Position numbers and translations under genes: made by a program. A stretch of DNA of 64,000 nt, from the NCBI GenBank assembly GCA_030650395.1, contig JAUSDY010000171.1, forward strand, positions 6,554 through 70,553, read 5' to 3'. The notes under the pieces were generated by a model. That model was not told the DNA's origin and searched no databases. It saw nothing but the letters and a program-made list of their open reading frames with translations. Positions 28,074 to 37,149 of the stretch are shown here, piece by piece; the first letter of the stretch is position 1, and each line of letters opens with the position of its first letter. Origin of the DNA: Acidobacteriota bacterium. GTDB taxonomy: Bacteria; Acidobacteriota; Vicinamibacteria; Vicinamibacterales; UBA2999.

Positions 28074-30293
28074 ATGCGCGCCCTGCCCGCCCTTGTCTTC
28101 GTCATCGCGTTTGTGGTCCGGCTTGTCCACATCTGGCAGATCAAGCCGTCGCCGTTTTTTGACGTCCTGCTCGGCGACGCGGGCGGCTACGACGAGTGGG
28201 CGCGGCGGCTGGCGGGCGGCGACTGGATCGGCAGCGACGTGTTCTACCAGGCCCCGCTCTATCCATACTTTCTCGGCGTTCTCTATAAGCTGTTCGGCCA
28301 CGATCTGCTGATCGTCCGCATCTGCCAGGCGGCGATCGGGTCGGCGTCGTGCGCGCTGCTCGCGCTCGCGGGCGGGCGGCTCTTCTCGCCGCGGGTCGGG
28401 CTCATTGCCGGCCTCGCGCTTGCGCTCTACGCGCCGGCGGTGTTCTTCGACGCGCTGCTCCAGAAGTCGGTGCTCGACATGTTCTTCGTCTGCCTCAGCA
28501 TCTGGCTGGTCTCGCGAATTCTTGCTGGCTCGTCGACGCGGGCGTCGTGGATCGCGCTCGGGCTCGCAATGGGTGCCCTCGCGCTCACACGGGAAAACGC
28601 ACTCAGCTTCATTGCGGTGATTGTTGTCTTCGCCGTCGTTCAGAAGGGTTCAGAAGGGTTCAGAGGGGTTCTGAAAGGTTCTGACGGGTTCGGAAAGGTT
28701 CGGAAAGGTTCGAACCCTTCAGAACCCTTCAGAACCCTTCAGAACCATTCAGAACCATTCAGAACCTTTCAGAACCTCGGATGGTTTGTGGTCGGCTTGG
28801 CCGTGGTGTTGCTACCGGTAGCGATCAGGAACTATTCGGTAGGTGGCGGGCTGTATCTAACGACGTCGCAGTTCGGATCGAACTTCTACATCGGCAACCA
28901 TGCCGGAGCCGATGGCACATACGCGTCGATCCGGTTTGGCCGCGGCGCGCCGGAGTTCGAGCGGCAGGATGCGACGGAGGTGGCCGAGCAGGCCGTCGGC
29001 CGCAGCCTCACGCCGTCGGAGGTCTCGGCCTACTGGACCGATCGCGCTCTCCTTTTCATCACGTCACAGCCTGCCGAGTGGATCGCGCTGACCGGACGCA
29101 AGATCAGGCTGCTCGTCAATCGCTCGGAGATGCTCGACACCGAAAGCCAGGAGAGTTACGCCGAGTGGTCGTGGCCGCTGCGGATCGGCGGTTGGATCGG
29201 GCATTTCGGCGTGCTGGTGCCGCTGGCGCTGCTTGGAGTGATGGTGACGTGGCCGGAACGGCGCCGCCTCTGGATCCTCTACGCGATGGCGATCGCCTAC
29301 GCGGCCAGCGTGGTGATGTTCTATGTGTTCGCGCGCTATCGCTATCCGCTGGTGCCATTCCTGCTGTTGTTTGCGGCAGCCGGTGTGGCGTTGCCCTTCG
29401 ACTCAACATTTCGCGAGTACCTCGCGAAATGTTTCGCTCAGGGTTCGCGTCGATGGCAACTGGCGGCAATTTCGATCGCTGTTACCATTTTTGCGAATTG
29501 GCCTGTGTTGTCATCGACGCTCATGATGGCCATCACCGAGAACAATCTCGGCACGGCGTTGCAGGACGCCAAACGCTACGACGAGGCCGTCGTCCATCAC
29601 GAGCGCGCGGTCGCCTTGCAGCCGGATTACGCGCCGGCGTACAACAACCTCGGGGCCGCGCTACGCGCCGCCGGCCGTCTCGACGAAGCGGTCGCGCAGT
29701 ATCAGAAGGCGCTCGCGCTCAAGCCCGACTTCGGCAACGCGAGTTACAACCTCGCCAACGCCCTGCTCGAGCGCGGCCAGGCCGGCGCGTCGGTCGACGA
29801 GTTTCGGAAGGCGATTCAATTGACGCCCGATTCCGTGCAGGCGCACAACAACCTCGGAATCGCGCTGGCGGCCAAAGGCGATGCGGCGGGCGCGATGGCC
29901 GAGTTCCGCGCCGCGATCGCCCTCGACGGCACCTCGGTGCAGGCCCATCGCAATCTCGGCAACATGCTGGTCGACCGCGGCGAGCGGGCCGAGGGCATGG
30001 CTCACCTCGAGCGCGCGGTGCAGGTCGCGCCGGGCGAAGCCGACGCGCTCTTCGACATCGGCAGCATCCTGCTGCAGGAGCAGGATTTCAAGGGCGCCGC
30101 CGGGCGATTTCAGGCGGCGCTGCAAATCAAGCCCGACTCGCCCGAGACGTTGAACAACCTCGGGATCGCGTTCGCCAATCAGGGCAAGATCGCCGACGCC
30201 CTCACCTACTTCGAGCGCGCACTCAGCTTGCGGCCCAACTTCAACGACGCTCGCGTGAATCGTGATCAGGCTCGCGCCGTCCTCAAGAAATAA
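28074..30293 (+). CDS. membrane glycosyltransferase (GT39/PMT-ArnT-like) fused to C-terminal TPR repeats
   Basis: Multi-TM N-terminal half with a typical start (VVRLVHIWQIKPSPFFDVLLGDAGGYDEWA). The C-terminal ~280 aa are consecutive TPR units (YNNLGAALRAAGRLDEAVAQYQKALALKPDF...). Confidence 0.8.
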   Translation: MRALPALVFVIAFVVRLVHIWQIKPSPFFDVLLGDAGGYDEWARRLAGGDWIGSDVFYQAPLYPYFLGVLYKLFGHDLLIVRICQAAIGSASCALLALAGGRLFSPRVGLIAGLALALYAPAVFFDALLQKSVLDMFFVCLSIWLVSRILAGSSTRASWIALGLAMGALALTRENALSFIAVIVVFAVVQKGSEGFRGVLKGSDGFGKVRKGSNPSEPFRTLQNHSEPFRTFQNLGWFVVGLAVVLLPVAIRNYSVGGGLYLTTSQFGSNFYIGNHAGADGTYASIRFGRGAPEFERQDATEVAEQAVGRSLTPSEVSAYWTDRALLFITSQPAEWIALTGRKIRLLVNRSEMLDTESQESYAEWSWPLRIGGWIGHFGVLVPLALLGVMVTWPERRRLWILYAMAIAYAASVVMFYVFARYRYPLVPFLLLFAAAGVALPFDSTFREYLAKCFAQGSRRWQLAAISIAVTIFANWPVLSSTLMMAITENNLGTALQDAKRYDEAVVHHERAVALQPDYAPAYNNLGAALRAAGRLDEAVAQYQKALALKPDFGNASYNLANALLERGQAGASVDEFRKAIQLTPDSVQAHNNLGIALAAKGDAAGAMAEFRAAIALDGTSVQAHRNLGNMLVDRGERAEGMAHLERAVQVAPGEADALFDIGSILLQEQDFKGAAGRFQAALQIKPDSPETLNNLGIAFANQGKIADALTYFERALSLRPNFNDARVNRDQARAVLKK
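28638..28777. repeat. 140-nt composite palindrome of 10-nt words inside the GT39/TPR coding sequence
   Basis: 7 x gttc(a/t/g)ga(a/g/c)(a/g)g, centre ggttcgaacc (28708-17), then 7 x c(c/a/t)ttcagaac. Translated as KGSEGFRGVLKGSDGFGKVRKGSNPSEPFRTLQNHSEPFRTFQN between two TM segments. Confidence 0.9.
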
Positions 30294-30423
30294 GGTGCGT
30301 ACAGTGCGTACAGTTCCAAGAGTGCGTACAGTGCACCGAGTGCCTAGGAGTGCCAAACACTTGGCACCCCTGGCACACGAGCACTCTTCGCACTTCAGGC
30401 ACGGTACGCACCGTACGCACCTT
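30292..30423. repeat. tandem-word composite palindrome (GTGCGTACA 9-mers) between convergent genes; possible bidirectional terminator
   Basis: aaggtgcgtacagtgcgtac...gtacgcaccgtacgcacctt. The arms consist of about 7 gtgcNNNNN / NNNNNgcac units each and start inside the TAA of the GT39 gene. Confidence 0.8.
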
Positions 30424-30429
30424 GTGCTA

Positions 30430-33378
30430 TCACCAGCGGGTTACTAACCCCAGTCCGTACATCCGTCCCTGCATGATGCTGTTGGGCGAGAGATACGAGG
30501 TCGAGAGCGAGTTGGTCGTGATGTAGCTGATGATCGCGTCCGAGTTGTTGATGTTGAACACCTCGAACGTCGGCAGCACCGAGAAGCGGCCGAACCGGAA
30601 GGTCCTCGACACTTTGAAGTCGAGCTGAACGATCCGCTCCACCGATGTGGCGCGGACGGGCTCGAGGTTATAGGTGAGCGAGGTCTGTCCGAACGTCGTC
30701 GGCATGATGACCTGGCCGGCCGGGCAGGGCGCGGGACAGTTGGCCGGGTAGCGCGTGCTGCCGCGGGTCGCCGCCATCGTCCGCGAGCTGTTGGGACCGG
30801 CGTTGCTCTGGAACGCCATGCTGACGTTGACGCCGAAGCCGATTTCCCTGGTCCCAAACAGCTTCCAGCTCGGACGGTACGGGATGTCGAGCGCGTACTC
30901 GTCGCACAGGGCTTTGCCGTTGCCGCCGTAGTTGGGATCGTCGGGCGACGTGCAGTTCTTGACCCGCTCGCGCTCGATCGAAACGCCACCGCGCACCTGG
31001 CCGCCGCCTGGAATGCGCCAGCTGCTGTCGAAGTTGAACGCCTCGTAGGAATTCTGGCGCTCCGGATCGTAGGTATCCAGGTTGCTGGTGGGCCGGGCGG
31101 CAGCCGCGGTGCTCAACGCGTAGACCTCGAACGGCTGGCCTGTGAGCGGGTTGTAGAAGGTAAAGGGCGTGTAGTCGGACAGCGACAAGCTGCGGTTAAT
31201 GGTGGTCGTCAGGTTTCTGAAGTCGCCCTTCCACCACGATCCGCTCACGGACAGACCAGCGAGGAGCTCATGCTGGAGCTCGAGACCCGACTCGAGGTTC
31301 CAGGTGCGGGGATAGTCGCCGTACTCGTTGAGGGCGGCGATGCCGTAGTTGGCGGGCAGTCCCGCGAACGAGATCTCGCACGCCGCGCTCGGGTAGCCAG
31401 TGCAACGGAAGGTGCCGTCGGCGATGTCATTGCCGTTGACGTCGCGCCATGGCAATGACCGCGTCTCCCTGCGCAGAGGGTTGTAATTGGACGCGATGCC
31501 AGTCGTCCGCGACAGGTTGTAGCGATTGAGCGAATACTTGATCGCCGTGCGGCCGTTGCCGAACAGGTCGTAGACCAGCGCCATGCGGGGCGCAAAGTCA
31601 TTCCACGCGGGGACATCCTTGATCTCGTCGAACGAGCGCTCGGGCGCAAAACGCCCGGCCCCGGACTTGCCGGCCATCACCTTGGCGTTGAGCGTTTCCC
31701 ATCGCAACCCGACGTTGGCCGTGAGCCGGTTCAGGCGCCAGGAATCTTGGACAAAGATGCCGAGATCCCGATTGAGGCGCTCGCCGTAGATCAGCGGCGT
31801 ATTGTTGATGAGAACGCTGTCTGGCACGGACCAGCGCACGCCCGTACTGCTGCTGCGATACTGCTGCGTGAGGTCCGCATTGGCCTCGCGCGTGTGGATG
31901 AACTCGCCCTGTCGATTGGTGGCGCCGGCCTTGATGGTGTGGTCGCCCTTCACGTACGTGGCGGCGAAGTTCCAGTAGAAGGCGATCGGGCTCTCCGTGG
32001 TGTTAGTCGGGCCGGCCTTGGTGTAGCCGCCCAGATCGAGCTCGTTGTGGGCGGCAGTGGCGAACCACTCGGCGCTGCCGCGCGGCTTCTCGATGCCCTC
32101 CTGGTATTCGTTCGTGTAGTACTCGGTGTTGTTGGAGTAGCCGCCCTCCAGGAAGAGGGAGCTGGACACCGGCGACGACCACTTGATGGCCGTCGTATGG
32201 TACGCCGGCGAGTTCCAGACCGTGGACGCCGTCTCAGGATCGTAATTGGCCTGCATATCGTGCCCGCGGTACTTATCGACTTCGTCGAAGTAGCCGGAGA
32301 TCTTGTTCCTCGGCGTGACCTGCCAGGTGAGGCGCGCCGTGCCGCTCTTGATGAACTGGTCGTCGATGCCCTGCGACCCATCGTCGAAGTAGGTGTTGGC
32401 GATGAAGTTATTCACCGAGTAGTAGCGCGCCGACCCGAAGATCCACAGCTTGTCTTTCTGGATCGGACCACCGAGCGCAAGCGTGTAGTCGATGATGCGG
32501 TCGATCGCATTGCCGCTGGTCAGGCCCCTGGCCTTGTGTCGATCGGTCAGGTTGCTGGACTGCCAGGTTCCCGGCCGGGACGAGGCCTTGAAATCGCCAC
32601 TGAACCGGTTGCCGCCCTCGCGCGGGATCATGTTCATGCGCACGCCGCCCGACGAGTTCTCGGCGCCGATGCCGCTGGTCTGGACGCTGACTTCCGCATT
32701 CATCGCGTCGTTGAAGTAGCTCTGGATCGCGCCGTCGCCCTGCAGGCCGTTGACCATCATGCCGTCCACCAGGATGGTGGTGTTTGACGTGGACATGCCG
32801 TGCGTGGACATGTAGGTCTGCTGCATCGCGCGGGCACCACCCGTGTCGGGCAGGCTCAGGTTGACGCCCACCACGAGCTGGGCCATCCCCTGGATGGTCC
32901 GGCCAGTCGGGACGAGATCGATCGCTTCACGGTCCAGCACCGCCACCTTGGCCGCCGTCGTCACGTCCACCACCGGCGAGGCGCCGGTCACGGTGATGGT
33001 TTCCTCGAGAGCACCGACCGCAAGCTCGGCGTTGACGGTGGCCGTAAATTCGGCAGGCAGCAACAGGCCGTCGCGCCGGTAGGTCTTGAACCCGGGCAGG
33101 GTGAACGCCACATTGTAGGTGCCCGGCCTGAGGTCGGCGATGCGGTAGTTGCCGCTTTCGTCGCTGATCGCCGACTTGACCTTCTCGATCAGGACGTCGC
33201 TCGAGGCTTCAACCGTGACGCCGGGCATCGCGGCGCCCGTCGTATCTTTCACCACGCCGGTGATTGCACTCTGGGCGTATGCCGACGACGTCAGGAGCAT
33301 CGCTCCCGCGAACGCCAACAACGCTCTGACACCGACAAACCTTAAGGTTTGTCGCCACCCGACTATTCGTCGCGCCAT
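30430..33378 (-). CDS. TonB-dependent outer-membrane receptor with N-terminal CarboxypepD_reg domain
   Basis: Signal peptide, then ITGVVKDTTGAAMPGVTVEA (carboxypeptidase-regulatory-like), a plug region, a ~900-aa barrel and terminal aromatic W. ATG 33378. Confidence 0.85.
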   Translation of the reverse strand: MARRIVGWRQTLRFVGVRALLAFAGAMLLTSSAYAQSAITGVVKDTTGAAMPGVTVEASSDVLIEKVKSAISDESGNYRIADLRPGTYNVAFTLPGFKTYRRDGLLLPAEFTATVNAELAVGALEETITVTGASPVVDVTTAAKVAVLDREAIDLVPTGRTIQGMAQLVVGVNLSLPDTGGARAMQQTYMSTHGMSTSNTTILVDGMMVNGLQGDGAIQSYFNDAMNAEVSVQTSGIGAENSSGGVRMNMIPREGGNRFSGDFKASSRPGTWQSSNLTDRHKARGLTSGNAIDRIIDYTLALGGPIQKDKLWIFGSARYYSVNNFIANTYFDDGSQGIDDQFIKSGTARLTWQVTPRNKISGYFDEVDKYRGHDMQANYDPETASTVWNSPAYHTTAIKWSSPVSSSLFLEGGYSNNTEYYTNEYQEGIEKPRGSAEWFATAAHNELDLGGYTKAGPTNTTESPIAFYWNFAATYVKGDHTIKAGATNRQGEFIHTREANADLTQQYRSSSTGVRWSVPDSVLINNTPLIYGERLNRDLGIFVQDSWRLNRLTANVGLRWETLNAKVMAGKSGAGRFAPERSFDEIKDVPAWNDFAPRMALVYDLFGNGRTAIKYSLNRYNLSRTTGIASNYNPLRRETRSLPWRDVNGNDIADGTFRCTGYPSAACEISFAGLPANYGIAALNEYGDYPRTWNLESGLELQHELLAGLSVSGSWWKGDFRNLTTTINRSLSLSDYTPFTFYNPLTGQPFEVYALSTAAAARPTSNLDTYDPERQNSYEAFNFDSSWRIPGGGQVRGGVSIERERVKNCTSPDDPNYGGNGKALCDEYALDIPYRPSWKLFGTREIGFGVNVSMAFQSNAGPNSSRTMAATRGSTRYPANCPAPCPAGQVIMPTTFGQTSLTYNLEPVRATSVERIVQLDFKVSRTFRFGRFSVLPTFEVFNINNSDAIISYITTNSLSTSYLSPNSIMQGRMYGLGLVTRW
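33333..33358 (-). repeat. GTGG-headed stem-loop (REP-like) inside the receptor signal-peptide coding region
   Basis: Minus strand reads gtgg-cgacaaacc-ttaa-ggtttgtcg, translated as VGWRQTLRFVG. The paralogue at 33473-36457 lacks these ~10 residues. Confidence 0.85.
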
Positions 33379-33396
33379 GCTGTTCCCCTCCGTGAC

Positions 33397-33434
33397 CACA
33401 AAAGTCGGGCGCGCGGCGGAATGCCCCGCGCCCG
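33397..33434 (-). terminator. intrinsic terminator after the second TonB-dependent receptor gene
   Basis: Minus strand reads cgggcgcg - 13-nt loop - cgcgcccg followed by acTTTTgtgg, a GC stem plus T-tract. Confidence 0.55.
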
Positions 33435-33472
33435 GCTCAAATAAATGCCGACTCAGATCGTTCCGGTTCGCC

Positions 33473-36457
33473 TTACCACTTCAACTGCATACCGAGCCGT
33501 ATCATCCGGCCCTGGAGGACGCTCGAGGGCTGCAAGTACGCGGTGGTCGCGTAATTCACCCCGCGGTAGGCGATCGCGTAGTTCTTGTTGAACACGTTGA
33601 ACAGATCAGCCTGTCCCTGCACTCGATACGAGCCGATCTGGAACCACTTCGCAAAGCTGAGATCGAGCTGGTTGATGCGCGGCAGGAACTCGGTGCCCGG
33701 CGCGACCAGCGGCACTGTGACCGAGGCCGACGTCAGCGTCGGTGCAACCAGTTGGCCGGCCGGGCAGGGCGCCGGGCAGTTGGCTGGATAGCGAGTCGTC
33801 CTCGTGATCAGGAAGTTGGTGCCGACCGGGCTGCCGGTGTCGCCGTAGCCCGGGCCGCTGATCTTGTTGCCGGCCGTGGTGGTCAGGCCCAGCGGGCGGC
33901 CCGCAGAGCTCTGGAAGGCCGCGCTCACCGAGATGCCCCACGCGATCGGATACGTGCCGGCCAGCTTCAGCGTCGGCCGGTACGGAATGTCGTTCGTCGC
34001 GTCGTCGCAGTACAGCAGCATGGTCGGGTCGTCGGGCTCGTCGCAGATGTTGCGGAGGTTGCGCTCGGTGACCACACCGCCAAAGAGCGATCCGCCCCTC
34101 GGCAACCGCGCCTGCACGTTGAGGTCGTAACCCATATACACGTGCTTGCGCTCGGAACCGGCGTTGGTATCGAGCTGGTCGACGCGGCTGACCGCGGCCG
34201 GCGACACGTCGTAGATGGTGAAGGGCTTGCCGTCGATCGGATTGAAGATGTTGAACGGGATGTAGTCGGCCTTGGTGCGGAGCACGTTATCCGTCACTCG
34301 CAGTCGGTGGAAGGTGCGCCGGTACCAGTTGGCGCTCACCGACACTCGCGGCAACAGTTCGTGCTGGACGCCGGCCGTGGTCTCGATGTTGTAGACGCGC
34401 TTGAAGTTGGGATCGACACGATTCAGCTGGGCGCGGCCGAACGTGGCCGGCAACTGCGCCATGTTGATCTCGCAGCCGGGCGTCTGGTAGACGCATCCCA
34501 GTTCGCCCTGCGCGATGTCGTCGCGATTGGCGTCGATCCAGCTGAGCGACGCCGACGAGAGCGCGAGCGGGTTGTAGCGATTGGCGAAGAAGGTCGTGCG
34601 CGACTCGTTATAGCGGTTCAGCCCGATCTTGACTGCGGTCTTGGCATTGCCGAACAGGTCGTAGACCAACCCGAACCGCGGCGCAATGTCCTTCCACACC
34701 GGCATCGGAATCGGCTCGAAGTTGCGCTCGCCGATGAAGCGGCCCGCGCCCGACGATTGCTTCGAGACCTCGGACTTCAGGTACTCCCAGCGCAGACCGG
34801 CGTTCACGGTCAGGCGGTTGATCGCCCACGTGTCCTGTGCGTAGAGCCCCAGATCGCCGAGCAGCGCGTCCTGGTAGCGCAGCGGCGTGTTGAAGACCGT
34901 GACCGAGCTCGGCACGCCGTTGAGATACACCTGCTGCAGGTCGGCATTGGTCTCGCGCGTGTTGATGTAGACGCCCCAGTTGTACTGGAACCCGACCTTG
35001 ACGTTGTGCGCGCCGGTCACATACGACATCGACGCTTGCGTGTTGAACCGATCGGGATAGCGGCCGCCCCAGTTGGCCAGCCCGCTGCGCAGCGTCACGA
35101 GGGTCGCGTCGCGCCGGCTGGCGCCGGAGTACCAGTCCGCCGCGCCCCGATCCTTGTTGATGCCGTCCTGGTTGGTGATGACGTACTCTTCGTAATTGAA
35201 CGAGTAGCCCGCGTCGAACAACAGCCTGCTGCTGATCGGGCTCGTGTACTTCAGCACGGCGTCGTTGTAGCGCGGCGAGGTCCAGACCTGCGACGCCGTC
35301 AGGGGATCGTCGCCCGCGTTCATGCCGTGGCCGCGGAACTTGTCGACCTCTTCGTAATACAGCGACAGTTTGTTGCGCGGGCTCAACTGCCAGGTCAGGC
35401 GCAGCGTCGCGCTGTTGATGTTCTGGTCGTCGATGCCCTGTTCGCACGCGACGCGCCCGGCCTGGCAATCGGCCTGGGTGGCGCCGGACGGGACGTAGAA
35501 CGTGTCGGCAATCGGCGCGTCGACGCCGCTCAAGCGGCCGGCGGCGAAGAACCACAGCTTGTCGCGCTTGATCGGGCCGCCGAAGCCGCCGCTGAATTCG
35601 TAGATCTTCTTGATCTTGTCCACCGCGCGCAGCCCCTTTGCCCGCAGCGCGTCGGTCATGTTGTTGGCCTGCCACTTGCCGTCGTTCCAGGCGCCGAAGA
35701 ACGTGCCGTTGTACTGGTTGCCGCCGTCCTTCATGACGATGTTGACGCGCACGCCGCCCGGCGAGACGTCGGCGCCGGCGCCGGCCGTGGTGTAGCTCAT
35801 CTCCTGGATCATCTGGTTGTTGACGTACTGCTGCACGGCGCCGTCGCCGTCCAGGCCGTTGATCATCAACCCGTCAATCTGGACGATGTTGTTGGCCGAG
35901 GTCAGGCCGCGCGTCGACATGTAGGTCTGCTGCATCGCGCGCGAGCCGCCCACGTCGGGCCCGGCCAGCGCCACGCCCGTCACCAGCTGCGACATGCCGT
36001 AAATCGTCCGCCCGCTCGGGATCGCGTCGAGCACGTCGCGCGACAGCACCTGCACGCGCGACGTGCTCGAGACGTCAACGATCGGCGACTCGCCCGTGAC
36101 CGTGATCGTTTCCTCGAGCGCGCCGACCTTGAGCTCGGCGTTGAGCGTGGCCGTAAAGTCGGACGGCAGTTCAAGGGCGTCGCGTTTATAAGTGTTGAAG
36201 CCCGGCAACGTGAAGGTCACCGAGTAAAGACCGGGCCGCAGGTCGGTGATGCGGTAGGAGCCGTTACCGTCGCTGACGACGGACTTCACCCGTTCGATCA
36301 GGACCGGGCTCGCGGCTTCGACGGTCACGCCCGGCATTGCCGCGCCCGAGGCATCCCGGACCGTGCCGGTAATCACGCTCTGTGCATAAGCCGCGGTCGA
36401 GAGCAGCATCACTCCCGCACACGCCCACACCGCTCTCGCCAACATTCTTCGCGCCAT
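33473..36457 (-). CDS. TonB-dependent outer-membrane receptor with N-terminal CarboxypepD_reg domain (tandem paralogue)
   Basis: Same architecture as 30430-33378. Many blocks are shared (TITVTG.SP.VDV, MQQTYMST.G, RLTWQ..PRNK.S.Y). Confidence 0.85.
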   Translation of the reverse strand: MARRMLARAVWACAGVMLLSTAAYAQSVITGTVRDASGAAMPGVTVEAASPVLIERVKSVVSDGNGSYRITDLRPGLYSVTFTLPGFNTYKRDALELPSDFTATLNAELKVGALEETITVTGESPIVDVSSTSRVQVLSRDVLDAIPSGRTIYGMSQLVTGVALAGPDVGGSRAMQQTYMSTRGLTSANNIVQIDGLMINGLDGDGAVQQYVNNQMIQEMSYTTAGAGADVSPGGVRVNIVMKDGGNQYNGTFFGAWNDGKWQANNMTDALRAKGLRAVDKIKKIYEFSGGFGGPIKRDKLWFFAAGRLSGVDAPIADTFYVPSGATQADCQAGRVACEQGIDDQNINSATLRLTWQLSPRNKLSLYYEEVDKFRGHGMNAGDDPLTASQVWTSPRYNDAVLKYTSPISSRLLFDAGYSFNYEEYVITNQDGINKDRGAADWYSGASRRDATLVTLRSGLANWGGRYPDRFNTQASMSYVTGAHNVKVGFQYNWGVYINTRETNADLQQVYLNGVPSSVTVFNTPLRYQDALLGDLGLYAQDTWAINRLTVNAGLRWEYLKSEVSKQSSGAGRFIGERNFEPIPMPVWKDIAPRFGLVYDLFGNAKTAVKIGLNRYNESRTTFFANRYNPLALSSASLSWIDANRDDIAQGELGCVYQTPGCEINMAQLPATFGRAQLNRVDPNFKRVYNIETTAGVQHELLPRVSVSANWYRRTFHRLRVTDNVLRTKADYIPFNIFNPIDGKPFTIYDVSPAAVSRVDQLDTNAGSERKHVYMGYDLNVQARLPRGGSLFGGVVTERNLRNICDEPDDPTMLLYCDDATNDIPYRPTLKLAGTYPIAWGISVSAAFQSSAGRPLGLTTTAGNKISGPGYGDTGSPVGTNFLITRTTRYPANCPAPCPAGQLVAPTLTSASVTVPLVAPGTEFLPRINQLDLSFAKWFQIGSYRVQGQADLFNVFNKNYAIAYRGVNYATTAYLQPSSVLQGRMIRLGMQLKW

Positions 36458-36738
36458 GTAATCCCTCCAAGCCTGCCGGCGACTCCGATTGCGGGCGCTG
36501 CCTGGCGCCGCGGCAGGGAAACCAACGGACCGACGAATCGAACAACACAGAAAACGCCCGACGGATAAGTGCGCGGAATGACTGCGACGACGGTCGCGAA
36601 TGGGAGGCTAAACCCATGGCCAGTCGGAGTCAATGACAAACTGTGACAACGACGGCCAACTTATTGGATCTAAAGGCGTTCGATTTAATTATGGGTCTCA
36701 AAACCGGAACAGATAGATCGGGGCGGTAAGATAGCGGG

Positions 36739-37149
36739 ATGAAACTGTCATTTTTCGGCGCCCTGGCGCTGGCTCTGGCGGTGGGTGGCTGCGGCAAAGA
36801 CAACCCCACCTCGCCGACTGCGAACGTCCCGTTCTCGACGGTCGACGTTCGCGTGGGCACCGGCGCGGAAGCGACCGCCGGCAAGCTGGTCCAGCTCAAT
36901 TACTCGGGCTACCTGTACAGCGCCACAGCAGCCGAGAACAAAGGGACGCCGTTCGATGCCGGGCCCTTGACGTTTACGGTGGGGGCGGGCGTGATTCCCG
37001 GCTTCAGCCAAGGCGTGACGGGCATGCGCGTGGGCGGGATCCGCCGCGTGATCATCCCGCCAAATCTCGGCTACGGAAACCAGGCGAACGGCGCAATCCC
37101 AGCGAACTCGACGCTGGTCTTCCAGATCGAGCTGCTCGCGGTTCAGTAG
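36739..37149 (+). CDS. FKBP-type peptidyl-prolyl cis-trans isomerase lipoprotein
   Basis: Lipobox LAVGGC and FKBP domain (FDAGPLTFTVGAGVIPGFSQGVTGMRVGGIRRVIIPPNLGYG...LVFQIELL). Confidence 0.9.
   Translation: MKLSFFGALALALAVGGCGKDNPTSPTANVPFSTVDVRVGTGAEATAGKLVQLNYSGYLYSATAAENKGTPFDAGPLTFTVGAGVIPGFSQGVTGMRVGGIRRVIIPPNLGYGNQANGAIPANSTLVFQIELLAVQ

Noticed and set aside
33149-36568. 1139-aa ORF on the plus strand, and similar long antisense ORFs (4045-5808, 25694-27379, 22965-24587, 39068-40600, 17853-19286, 61126-62661)
   Set aside because: These are shadow ORFs typical of GC-rich DNA. They lie antisense to genes with clear homology, their translations are Arg/Ala/Gly/His-rich low-complexity sequence, and codon position 3 is not G/C-enriched in these frames.
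36458-36738. Cobalamin (or other) riboswitch in the 5' leader of the TonB-dependent receptor gene
   Set aside because: The minus-strand leader has some GC stems (ctgcc...ggcag) and a GAGTCGCCGGCAGG stretch. I could not find the B12-box / GCCACTG core or the conserved multi-stem arrangement, so a riboswitch call is not supportable by eye.
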